Shown one piece after another: positions 43,704-52,198 of a DNA stretch of 64,000 nucleotides. The stretch's first letter is position 1, and the number at the start of each line of letters is the position of its first letter. Both the position numbers and the translations under genes were made by a program. Source of the stretch: Dehalogenimonas sp. (GTDB lineage Bacteria > Chloroflexota > Dehalococcoidia > Dehalococcoidales > Dehalococcoidaceae); NCBI GenBank assembly GCA_050859015.1, contig CP139473.1:471927-535926 (forward strand). Reading direction: 5' to 3'. The notes under the pieces were generated by a model that was not told the DNA's origin, ran no database searches, and saw only the letters and a list, made by a program, of their open reading frames with translations.

Positions 43704-46022
43704 ATGGCGGAAAACTCAGTACTAATCGTCGACAGCGACCCCAAATCCCGCGACACAGCGGCCTGGCTCAAGGGTGCCGGTTTCCGCGTCACCATGGCCT
43801 CCACCGGCGAAGAAGCCCTGAATCTAATCGACAACCAGGACTTCAGTGTCATGCTACTAGACATGCGACTGCCGGGCAAACACGGGCTTGGCGTTTTGAA
43901 AGAGGTCAAGGTTAAGCGCCCATGGATGCAGGCCATCGTCACCACCGACCATCCCTCGGTTGAATCAGCGACCGAGGCTCTGAAACAAGGCGCTGTTGAC
44001 TACCTGGTAAAGCCGTTTTCACCCGAGGAACTGGAAAAACTGGTCAAGGAAACTATTAAGTCGGGTTCCAAGCAAAAAACCGTTTCGGTTCAGATCAAAG
44101 CAAAAACCACGCCGGCTAAAATTACCTCCCAAGCGACTTTCGTCATCTCGACCGAGAGCCTTAAAAACCTAGTCAACAGTTTGATAAAAGAACGCGAGGC
44201 GATCGGGGTTAAGGCAAAACAGGGCAAGTTCTCCTTCGATAAGATAAGAAATTTCGATGAACTTGCCCTCGATTACGACGTCACGGTGAACCCCCCGACG
44301 GCGTTCTTCATTCCGGCTTGCGAGACCATCCTCCGCTACAAACGGGGCGATAATCCGGAGATTACCCCGGTGACCGATACCACGCCGCGTGTCCTTATCG
44401 GCGTCCACCCTGATGATATCAACGCCATCAATCTCCTCGATGAAGTCTTTATGGCCAATAACCCCGATCCAAATTACACCGCCCGACGGCAGAATACCCT
44501 TATCATCGGCGTGGATGTGCTCACACCGTTGACCACCTCTTTTGCCCCTAGCATGGGCACGTACACAGCCGACTCGGGCTTCGACCTGCTGCTGACCAAC
44601 ATTGGCAACTCATCGTATATGATCACCGTGGGTTCCGAAGCCGGGGCTCAGATTCTTGCAAAGTACGCTCAGGTTCGTGAGCCGACGGTAGCCGAAACCG
44701 CTCGCCAAAAGCAAGTCCGCGAAGAGGCGTTGTCCAAATACCGCCTGTTCCTCGACATGCCGCGTGAAAAGATACCTCATCTGCTCGATACGAATTACGA
44801 TAGTCCTTACTGGAAGTCGCGGAGCGAGGCATGCCTCAACTGCGGATCCTGTATCATGGTTTGCCCCACCTGCTTCTGCTTTGACGTACAGGACGACGTC
44901 AGCCTGAACATGGTCGACGGCGAGCGGGTCAGAAAGCCCGACGGCTGCATGCTGGTAGATTTCAGCAAGGTGGCCGCCGGCGCCAATTTCCGCGGCGACA
45001 AGCTCTCACGTTTCCGCCATCGGATGTACCACAAGGGCAAGTATATGCTCGACCGCTACGGCAAGTTTGGTTGCGTCGGCTGCGGCCGCTGCTCCGTCAC
45101 CTGCCTAGCCGAGATCGCGTCGCCGCTCGAGGCTTACAACGCGATAGCAGCCTCGGAGAAGGCTAAGGAAAAAGCTCGCCGCACCATCACCAATACCCGG
45201 CCGCAGCCTGAGCTTTACCTGCCGCACATGGCCAACATCACTAAGATTACCCAGCTTGGCGCCCGCGAGAAGCTATTCGAGTTCAAACTCAAAGACGGAC
45301 ACAAGCTCGGCCACCGGCCGGGCCAATTCGTCGAAGTCTATGTCTTCGGTATCGGCGAATCACCGATCTCCCTGACCTCGTCGCCAACCCGTGACCATAC
45401 CTTCGAGGTAGCGGTCAGGAACGTCGGCAACGTCACCGGCGCCCTGCACAACCTCGAAGTTGGGTCTCCCGTGGGCATCCGCGGACCGTTCGGCAACGGC
45501 TTCCCGCTGGAGCAAATGGAGGGCAAGGACCTGCTTCTGATCGCTGGAGGCATCGGAGTCTTCCCTCTAAGATCGCTTATCGAATACGTTCTCGACAGGC
45601 GCGAGTCTTACGGCCACATCAACCTCTTGTTCGGTTCCCGGTCGCCATCGGAACGGGTTTTTTCTGAGGAGATGGCTCAATGGGCACAAGCCCCCGACCT
45701 CACCTTTATGGAGACTGTCGACAAGGGCGATGAAACGTGGACAGGCAATGTCGGAGTGATCACTACCCTAATACCGAAAGTCCAGGTCGATCCCAAGAAG
45801 ACGGTGGCGGTGGTCGTGGGTCCGCCGATCATGTACCGCTTTGTCACAAACGAGCTTAAAAAGCGCGACCTGGCCGATGACAACATCATCCTGTCGCTTG
45901 AGCGCAAGATGAAATGCGGCGTCGGCAAGTGCGGCAACTGCCAGATCAACGGAGTCTATGTCTGCCAGGAAGGCCCGGTATTCAGCCTGACCCGGTTACG
46001 CACACTAAGGGAGGCCATCTAA
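43704..46022 (+). CDS. Fusion protein: response-regulator receiver domain + HydB/AsrA-like 4Fe-4S subunit + HydG/AsrB-like FAD/NAD(P)-binding 2Fe-2S subunit of a group-3b-type [NiFe] hydrogenase
   Basis: REC: VLIVDSD, phospho-acceptor context MLLDMRLPG, IVTTD, YLVKPF. Middle: CLNCGSCIMVCPTCFCFD and CVGCGRCSVTC. C-terminus: RPGQFVEV, GESPIS, LLLIAGGIGVFPL and CGVGKCGNCQ. Confidence 0.85.
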   Translation: MAENSVLIVDSDPKSRDTAAWLKGAGFRVTMASTGEEALNLIDNQDFSVMLLDMRLPGKHGLGVLKEVKVKRPWMQAIVTTDHPSVESATEALKQGAVDYLVKPFSPEELEKLVKETIKSGSKQKTVSVQIKAKTTPAKITSQATFVISTESLKNLVNSLIKEREAIGVKAKQGKFSFDKIRNFDELALDYDVTVNPPTAFFIPACETILRYKRGDNPEITPVTDTTPRVLIGVHPDDINAINLLDEVFMANNPDPNYTARRQNTLIIGVDVLTPLTTSFAPSMGTYTADSGFDLLLTNIGNSSYMITVGSEAGAQILAKYAQVREPTVAETARQKQVREEALSKYRLFLDMPREKIPHLLDTNYDSPYWKSRSEACLNCGSCIMVCPTCFCFDVQDDVSLNMVDGERVRKPDGCMLVDFSKVAAGANFRGDKLSRFRHRMYHKGKYMLDRYGKFGCVGCGRCSVTCLAEIASPLEAYNAIAASEKAKEKARRTITNTRPQPELYLPHMANITKITQLGAREKLFEFKLKDGHKLGHRPGQFVEVYVFGIGESPISLTSSPTRDHTFEVAVRNVGNVTGALHNLEVGSPVGIRGPFGNGFPLEQMEGKDLLLIAGGIGVFPLRSLIEYVLDRRESYGHINLLFGSRSPSERVFSEEMAQWAQAPDLTFMETVDKGDETWTGNVGVITTLIPKVQVDPKKTVAVVVGPPIMYRFVTNELKKRDLADDNIILSLERKMKCGVGKCGNCQINGVYVCQEGPVFSLTRLRTLREAI

Positions 46023-46771
46023 TGAAACCAAAAGTGGCATTTTTCGATTTCACTTCGTGCGAGGGTTGCCAGCTCGATGCCCTTAACCTTGATGTCGGCG
46101 AAGTCCTGGGACTGCTGGGAGCGGTAGATATCGTCAACTTCCGGGAAGTCAAGACCGATCGCTCCGATGATTACGACATCGCTTTCATTGAAGGCTCCAT
46201 CACCAAGGAATCCGAGATTCCGCGACTGCAGGCCATCCGAAATCAAGCCAAGGTGCTGGTGGCTCTCGGCGCCTGCGCCTGCACCGGCGGCGTCAACTGT
46301 CTCAAGAATGTTTACTCGTCAGAAGAACTCTTAAAGGGCGTTTATGGTGAATGCGCCTCTTTTTATAACACTATCCCAGCCCGTCCGGTCAACGCCGTGG
46401 TGCCGGTGGACTACTACATCCGCGGTTGTCCGCCCACTACCGCCGAGTTTGTCAAGGTGGTCAAGGCATTGCTACTTGGCAAGCGGCCGGACCTACCCAA
46501 CTATCCCGTTTGCACCGAGTGCCGGGTAGCAGGCAACGTCTGCGTCTTTCAACGGGGGGGCACCTGCATCGGCCCGGTGACTCGTGGCGGTTGCGACGCA
46601 ATGTGCGTCGGCGCCGGACGCTTTTGCTGGGGATGCCGGGGTTTGGTGGAAAATCCCAATACCGATTCAGCCAAGGATGTTCTGGCCCGCTACGGCCTGA
46701 CGATCGATCAAATTCTAGAACGGTTCAAGATTTACAACTCCTATTCGGAGGTATCGCAGTGCCAGAAGTAA
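46022..46771 (+). CDS. [NiFe] hydrogenase small (delta) subunit, group 3 type
   Basis: MKPKVAFFDFTSCEGCQL..., GACACTGG and YIRGCPP motifs. The ATG overlaps the upstream stop (TAATG). Confidence 0.9.
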   Translation: MKPKVAFFDFTSCEGCQLDALNLDVGEVLGLLGAVDIVNFREVKTDRSDDYDIAFIEGSITKESEIPRLQAIRNQAKVLVALGACACTGGVNCLKNVYSSEELLKGVYGECASFYNTIPARPVNAVVPVDYYIRGCPPTTAEFVKVVKALLLGKRPDLPNYPVCTECRVAGNVCVFQRGGTCIGPVTRGGCDAMCVGAGRFCWGCRGLVENPNTDSAKDVLARYGLTIDQILERFKIYNSYSEVSQCQK

Positions 46772-48030
46772 AGATCAAGGTCAACCAGTTAACCCGCGTC
46801 GAGGGTCACGGCAATATTCACCTGGAAGCCACCGACGGAAAACTCGATAAGGTCCTTTGGGAAGTCACCGAGAGCCCGCGCTTCTTCGAGTGGATGCTTA
46901 AAGGTCGCCACTTCGACGACGTCTCCACCATTTCCTCCCGCATCTGCGGCATCTGCTCGATTGCCCATACCACTGCCTCGCTTCAAGCGACCGAGGCCGC
47001 CTTCGGCATCAAGCTGACCGAACAAGCATGGCTGCTGCGGAAATTGCTTTTCGATGCCGAATTACTCGAGAGCCACGTCCTTCATGTTCTTTTCCTCATC
47101 GCACCGGATTTTTTGGGTGCCGATTCGGTCATCCCATTGGTAGCTACTCATGGCGATGTCATCGTTATGGCGGTCAGGATGAAGAAGCTGGCATACAATC
47201 TGGCCGAGGTCCTTGCCGGACGCAAGACTCATCCCATTACTCCCATCGTCGGCGGCTGGAGCAAGCTGCCGGATGTTGACGCCCTGAAGGCTGTCCGCGA
47301 GCGGCTGGTTTCCGCTCTCGATGACGCCGAGACCATGGTGGCGGTGGTCAAGTCGCTGGCGCCGATGATCCCCAATTTCAACCGTCCCACCGAGTATATC
47401 GCCCTCAAGGACTCCAAGGAATACGCCTTCATCACCGGCAAGATCGCCTCGTCGGATGGCGGAATCTACACGTTGGAAGACTATGCCAAGATCACCAACG
47501 AGTTTTGTGTTCCTCAGTCCTCCGCTAAGTACACCAAGCACGCGCGAGATTCATATATGGTCGGCGCGCTGTCCCGCTTCAACCTAAATTCGGAACAATT
47601 ATTACCCCGAGCTAAAAAAGCCGCCGCCTCACTGGGTATGAAGGCGCCGATCAACAATCCGTTCTTCATCTCTGTCGCCCAGACTGTTGAGACGGTCAAC
47701 TGCATCGAGGACGCTATCAACATCATCGACAAGCTTCTCGCCAGAGGTCTACATCCTGAGGAAGTTAAAGTCAAACCCAGGGCAGGTCGGGGGGTAGGCA
47801 TTGTAGAAGCTCCGCGAGGCATGCTCATCCACGATTATACATACAACGATGCTGGCGAGATCGTTTCCGCCAACTGCATCATCCCCACTGGCCAGAATCA
47901 CCTGTCCATCCAGAAGGATTTCGACGCCCTGGCGCCGACCATCCTGGAGAAGCCTGTCGACGAGATCCGGCATACCCTGGAAATGCTGGTCCGAGCCTAT
48001 GACCCATGCATTTCCTGCTCGGTTCACTAG
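46759..48030 (+). CDS. [NiFe] hydrogenase large (alpha) subunit, group 3 type
   Basis: RVEGHG, RICGICSIAH, EAPRGMLIH and a C-terminal DPCISCSVH followed directly by the stop codon. The GTG at 46759 has a GGAGG RBS 7 nt upstream and overlaps the small-subunit 3' end. Confidence 0.9.
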   Translation: MPEVKIKVNQLTRVEGHGNIHLEATDGKLDKVLWEVTESPRFFEWMLKGRHFDDVSTISSRICGICSIAHTTASLQATEAAFGIKLTEQAWLLRKLLFDAELLESHVLHVLFLIAPDFLGADSVIPLVATHGDVIVMAVRMKKLAYNLAEVLAGRKTHPITPIVGGWSKLPDVDALKAVRERLVSALDDAETMVAVVKSLAPMIPNFNRPTEYIALKDSKEYAFITGKIASSDGGIYTLEDYAKITNEFCVPQSSAKYTKHARDSYMVGALSRFNLNSEQLLPRAKKAAASLGMKAPINNPFFISVAQTVETVNCIEDAINIIDKLLARGLHPEEVKVKPRAGRGVGIVEAPRGMLIHDYTYNDAGEIVSANCIIPTGQNHLSIQKDFDALAPTILEKPVDEIRHTLEMLVRAYDPCISCSVH

Positions 48031-48047
48031 ACCAAATCGACGATCAC

Positions 48048-48082
48048 AAAAGAGGCGTCCCGGTCACCGGGACGCCTCTTTT
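48048..48082. terminator. Bidirectional rho-independent terminator between the convergent hydrogenase and rdh/radical-SAM operons
   Basis: AAAAGAGGCGTCCCGG, loop TCA, CCGGGACGCCTCTTTT. This is a perfect 16-bp stem with an A-tract on one side and a T-tract on the other. Confidence 0.85.
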
Positions 48083-48110
48083 CATTCCTCAATGAATTAG
48101 GTTCTATGTG

Positions 48111-49595
48111 TCAGGATGCCCGCGGTTTCGGCGCGATGCCGATCGGCAGAGTAGAATCTTTTGATCCCGTGAAGCCGGATAGTTTCTGCTGCGCCGTCTT
48201 GTAGAATTTATTGACCTGGCCGTGGAATTTAACCAGTTCACCGACTTCCCGCATAAACTTGACCGGGTTCTTGAATGCAGTCAGGAAATAGGCTGGGTTG
48301 TGCTTGAGGGTAAATCTGACCCTCTGGGCGGCATAAGTAGCCCGCCAATTAGCCGCGGCCTCGGTCATCATTTCTGTCGGCACGCTTGAAAGGTTGATCT
48401 TGTTGGCGTACTCGATAAGGTACTCCGGCCAGTCTTCCAACCTCTCCGGTGGCGTGATCAAGCCCTGTTTTACGCAGTAATCGTACAGGGCGCTGCCGGG
48501 GAAGGGTACGAAGCGGTTGTACATGTAATATGGATTGTCGAGCCGTTTCAACATTTCGTGGGTGGCCTTGAAATCCTCGATGGTCTCGGTGGGATAGCCG
48601 TAGATGATGTATACCGATGTGCGAATCTTGTGACGGACCAGGCTCCAGAAAGTCTCTTCCATCTGGGGCACAGTGATGTCTTTCTGCATGAAGTCGAGAC
48701 CCCGCTGGCTGCCACTCTCCAGTCCCAATCCGATAGCGACGCAGCCGGCCTTGGCCATCAGGGCTACATCAGCCTCGGAGAGATCAGCCCTTGAATCGCA
48801 GTTCCAGGCGATCTTGATCTTGCGTTCGATGAGTAAGTTGCAGAAGTCGCGCAGCCGCTTCCGGTTGAAGGTGAAGTTATCCTCGTCGAAGCGGATGTAT
48901 TTGGCATCATAGGTTTTCCGCAGGAATTCGATCTGGGAAATGATGCGCTCGGCCGAAAGGAAGGCATAATAGCCCTTGTTATAGGACTTGTTATAGCAGA
49001 AGGCGCAGCGGTGGGCGCAGCCGCGGGAGGTGTTGATGCCGATCATGGAGTATTTCTTGACGGGTACCAGGTGCCAGGCCGGGTCCGGCATGGCTTCCAG
49101 GTCATGGACAAAAGGCCGGGGTTCGTTGATGATCATTTCGCCGTTTCGTTTGAAGGCCAGACCCTTGATTTCCTCAATTCTTAGTTCGCCAGTTTCGAGA
49201 TGGTTGGCCAGTTCCAGCATGGTGTGTTCACCGGCACCGATGACGGCATAATCGACATAGGGCTCGGAGAGGGTCTGTTTGGGCAGGACGCTTACGTGAA
49301 CGTTACCCCAAACTATAGGCACATCAGGCAGCAGTTCGCGGAAACGCTTGGATTGGTAGATGGAACCTTCCAGGTTAGGGCCGGTGATGACCGAAAGGCC
49401 GATAAGCTGAGGCTGCCATCCGACGAAGTCCTCAAGCTTGCGATCATCCACGAACCCGTCGTAGACCTGGACCTCGTGGCCGTTCTGTTCAAGGAAAGAA
49501 GCAATGTACAAAAGCCCCTTCGGCAGGTTGGTGTAGGCTTTGGCGTAATAAGCGGAATAGTTGGGATTGGGGGCGGTGACCAGAAGGATTCTCAT
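48111..49595 (-). CDS. Class B (B12-binding domain) radical SAM enzyme
   Basis: N-terminal Rossmann-like B12-binding-type region (MRILLVTAP...LLYIASFLEQNGHEV...), then SRGCAHRCAFC (CX3CX2C) and the TIM-barrel remainder. The start overlaps the upstream stop (TAATG). Confidence 0.85.
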   Translation of the reverse strand: MRILLVTAPNPNYSAYYAKAYTNLPKGLLYIASFLEQNGHEVQVYDGFVDDRKLEDFVGWQPQLIGLSVITGPNLEGSIYQSKRFRELLPDVPIVWGNVHVSVLPKQTLSEPYVDYAVIGAGEHTMLELANHLETGELRIEEIKGLAFKRNGEMIINEPRPFVHDLEAMPDPAWHLVPVKKYSMIGINTSRGCAHRCAFCYNKSYNKGYYAFLSAERIISQIEFLRKTYDAKYIRFDEDNFTFNRKRLRDFCNLLIERKIKIAWNCDSRADLSEADVALMAKAGCVAIGLGLESGSQRGLDFMQKDITVPQMEETFWSLVRHKIRTSVYIIYGYPTETIEDFKATHEMLKRLDNPYYMYNRFVPFPGSALYDYCVKQGLITPPERLEDWPEYLIEYANKINLSSVPTEMMTEAAANWRATYAAQRVRFTLKHNPAYFLTAFKNPVKFMREVGELVKFHGQVNKFYKTAQQKLSGFTGSKDSTLPIGIAPKPRAS

Positions 49596-50458
49596 TAGAT
49601 CAGGACCTCCTCGGCGAAAATTTCATCAAGAATCGAACCAGGCCGGCGGTTAAGCCCGACCACCTGCGTCAACCATGTCCCGGACTCGGGATTATCCGGT
49701 TGGCAGGCTTCTTCGGGGAAGACGTTATAGATCGGGTATTTCAGGTTCTCGTCCCCGCGGAAATGAAATACCCGGTTCAGGTGTTTTTTCACTGATACAG
49801 CCGCTTCGTCCATCTCTGCTAGCGTTGGTCTCTGCCAGTGATTGCCGCCGCAGGGGAAGTAGGGTAGCAGGATGAAGGGGATGTTGGGGTCGCGCATGGC
49901 GACATAATCGGCGATCTGCTCGATCTCGTCGGCACCGATATAGCCGGGTATCAGGACTGAGTCGACCACTAGTTTTGTGCCGGATGCTACCAGGGCATCG
50001 AAGTTACTTAACGTTTTTCTGTTCGAGACGCCCGTATAGTCGATGTGAAGTTTTTCATTCAGGGCTTTGAGGCCGACCTCCAGAGTGTCGGTGCAACTAA
50101 GGTCAGGTAGCGTGTGGGCGTTGGTGACCAGCGTCACTCTGGCTCCGTACTTTTCATGGCACAGACGGGTGAATTCGGGATAAGCCGGGTCGAGGCCGGC
50201 TTCCTGTCCCTCGATAACCACGGAGTGAAAATCGAGTTCATCCAGGATCTTTTCGACTTCGCCGAGAGTCAGGAAACGGGTTGGCGGTTTCGCGGCTAAA
50301 GCCGGGCGTGCGTCCAGCATCTTCCAGAAGTCCAGCATCGGGCTGAAGATCTGGTTGACGCAGTAGCAACCGAGGCATCTGAAGTTGCAGCCCCAGAAAT
50401 GGACGCAGACATCCTTCTGCTCCGGGGTGTAAGTGATATGGTAAATATTTGTCCTCAC
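49595..50458 (-). CDS. Non-canonical CX3CX2C (radical-SAM-activase-like) protein, paralog 2
   Basis: GCNFRCLGCYC. It aligns end to end with the C-terminal 270 aa of the gene at 50654..51796. It has EGQEAGLDP where GGEP is usual. The GTG start overlaps the stop of the 60-aa ORF (GTGA). Confidence 0.75.
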   Translation of the reverse strand: MRTNIYHITYTPEQKDVCVHFWGCNFRCLGCYCVNQIFSPMLDFWKMLDARPALAAKPPTRFLTLGEVEKILDELDFHSVVIEGQEAGLDPAYPEFTRLCHEKYGARVTLVTNAHTLPDLSCTDTLEVGLKALNEKLHIDYTGVSNRKTLSNFDALVASGTKLVVDSVLIPGYIGADEIEQIADYVAMRDPNIPFILLPYFPCGGNHWQRPTLAEMDEAAVSVKKHLNRVFHFRGDENLKYPIYNVFPEEACQPDNPESGTWLTQVVGLNRRPGSILDEIFAEEVLI

Positions 50459-50637
50459 TTTGACCTTGCCAGTAATGAATTATCCCTGAGTCCAGCGATG
50501 TGCTCCCGCCCGTTACCGCAGCCGGCGTCTGCCCAGGGCGGCACTGTTTCGGACCATCGCCGCGCCCCGCGATCTGCGATAAGGAACATCGTGGACCCAA
50601 TCAGTGAAACAACAGTTATTATCAAGACGGTCAACAT
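50455..50637 (-). CDS. 60-aa single-pass membrane peptide inside the rdh accessory operon
   Basis: MLTVLIITVVSLIGSTMFLIADRGARRW... An AGGAG lies 8 nt upstream of the ATG. It starts 17 nt after the preceding stop and has a 4-nt overlap with the next gene. Confidence 0.55.
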   Translation of the reverse strand: MLTVLIITVVSLIGSTMFLIADRGARRWSETVPPWADAGCGNGREHIAGLRDNSLLARSK

Positions 50638-50653
50638 TTTCAGCGCTCCTGTA

Positions 50654-51796
50654 TCAAACGGCGACTTTGTCCAGTTCCTGGCTGGCCAGGAATGCTGGCG
50701 GGACAGCGCCTGTAACCTGGCCTATGCCTTCGGGGAAAGCGCTGGAGACGGCATATTTGAGTTCTTCATCGCCCCTGAAGAAAAAGACGCGCGGGAGGTG
50801 TTTCCGGGCGGCTTCGGCTGCTCGCTCCATTTCGGCGATAGTTGGTCTCCGCCATGGATTGTCGCCCGCCTTGAAGTAAGGCAGGATGACGAAGAGCATA
50901 TCCTTCTTTATTGATGCCACATGCTGGGCGATCCGCTCGATCTCCTCGATGTCGATATAGCCTGGGATATAGACCGATTCGACAAAGGTGTCTTTGCCGG
51001 AAGCCACCAGCCTCTTTAGATTCTCAAGAATGGGCGTGTTGGATACCCCGGTGTAATCGATGTTCAGGTGATCCGAAACGGCCTTGATGCCAATTTCTAC
51101 GCGATCGACATGGGTCAGGTCCGGCAGCTGCAGTCCATTTGAAAGAAGCAGGTTCTTGGAATGATATCTCTCGTGGAGCAGGCGGGCGATATTGGCGAAT
51201 TCCGGGTCAAGTCCCGCTTCCTGTCCTTCCAGCACGACCGAGGTGAATTCGTATTTATCGAGGATAGCCAGCAGTTCATCGATGGTCAGGAATTCCTCCG
51301 GGGCGGGCGCCGTGCCGGTCGGGTCTTGCCGGTGGGCACCGAGGAAGTCGGGCAGCATGGGGGAGTAGATACGCCGTTTGCAGTAACAGCCGCGGCATTC
51401 GATATTGCAACCCCAGAAGAACAGGCAGATCTCCTTGAGTTCCGGAGTGTAGGAAATGTGGTAGATGCGGGTCCTGGCGGAGCCATCATGATAGACGCCC
51501 AGCTTTTTGAACTCGTTGATGATCAGCTCGGCGTTCTCGCTGAAGGTGACCATAGGCTCGACCTTGAACTCGGATAGGCAATACATCGGGAAGTCGATCA
51601 GGTTCTTGATGAGTTCCTCATGCGATGGCACGTCGAAGATCAGGAAACCCCCGCCTGCGGCGAAGCTGTAAGCGCTCTCAAGAATGCCTTCAGCTTTCTT
51701 CTGTTTGATCCATTCTTCACTCTTTCTGAGGAACATCACCTTGGTGTTGTAATCCGGCGGGTAAACTGCCTGTTTTCCAGTGGCGTAGTATTTCAT
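50654..51796 (-). CDS. Fusion of a ~110-aa alpha+beta (muconolactone-isomerase-like?) domain with a non-canonical CX3CX2C radical-SAM-like domain, paralog 1
   Basis: Start at the ATG at 51796 (MKYYATGK...), with a GAGGAAA RBS. The N-terminal domain contains GGGFLIFDVPSHEELIKNLIDFPMY. It is followed by GCNIECRGCYC, EGQEAGLDP, IDYTGVSN and IPGYI. The extra 25 codons in the ORF track run through a hairpin. Confidence 0.75.
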   Translation of the reverse strand: MKYYATGKQAVYPPDYNTKVMFLRKSEEWIKQKKAEGILESAYSFAAGGGFLIFDVPSHEELIKNLIDFPMYCLSEFKVEPMVTFSENAELIINEFKKLGVYHDGSARTRIYHISYTPELKEICLFFWGCNIECRGCYCKRRIYSPMLPDFLGAHRQDPTGTAPAPEEFLTIDELLAILDKYEFTSVVLEGQEAGLDPEFANIARLLHERYHSKNLLLSNGLQLPDLTHVDRVEIGIKAVSDHLNIDYTGVSNTPILENLKRLVASGKDTFVESVYIPGYIDIEEIERIAQHVASIKKDMLFVILPYFKAGDNPWRRPTIAEMERAAEAARKHLPRVFFFRGDEELKYAVSSAFPEGIGQVTGAVPPAFLASQELDKVAV

Positions 51797-51840
51797 TATA
51801 TTTCCTCGAAACTGCGAACTTGATTGCTGCGAACCCGGGT

Positions 51841-51870
51841 TGAGGTGGAGGGGAAACTCCCTCCACCTCA
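51841..51870 (-). other. Strong hairpin between rdhB and the accessory genes (no U-tract)
   Basis: TGAGGTGGAGGG and CCCTCCACCTCA form a 12-bp perfect stem around a ~6-nt loop, starting 8 nt after the rdhB stop. Confidence 0.6.
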
Positions 51871-51878
51871 CTTAAATG

Positions 51879-52172
51879 CTAGGCGGCTGTCTTGCGCTTG
51901 GCGATCAGAACGCCGGCGACGGCGAACAGGATGAGAGCCGGGATGCCCATGAAGGTCAGGAACATGGTGGCAGCCTGATTCTCCCATTCTGAAACCGAAC
52001 CGAAGTAGTTCTGGAGAGCAAAGAGTCCGAGCAGCAGACCGACGGTGATTATCGCCCAGTCATACCACTTGGTGACTTTGCCCTTGCTGCGCAGGAAGAT
52101 ACCCAGGACCGCCAAAAGCCCGATGCTTACAGCGGAGATCAGGAACCAATAGGGAGCTTGATAGATCGTCAT
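51879..52172 (-). CDS. rdhB: Reductive dehalogenase membrane anchor
   Basis: A 97-aa protein with three TM helices, 26 nt downstream of rdhA, with an AGGAGAAAG RBS. Confidence 0.85.
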   Translation of the reverse strand: MTIYQAPYWFLISAVSIGLLAVLGIFLRSKGKVTKWYDWAIITVGLLLGLFALQNYFGSVSEWENQAATMFLTFMGIPALILFAVAGVLIAKRKTAA

Positions 52173-52198
52173 TTACTTTCTCCTGTTTTTGTTGTGTA

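Noticed and set aside
50238-50600. 120-aa minus-strand ORF across the paralog-2 start region
   Set aside because: It is in a different frame from both coupled genes, has a Gly/Pro/Arg-rich translation and no RBS. The 60-aa ORF (50455..50637), with its RBS and GTGA coupling, explains the interval better.
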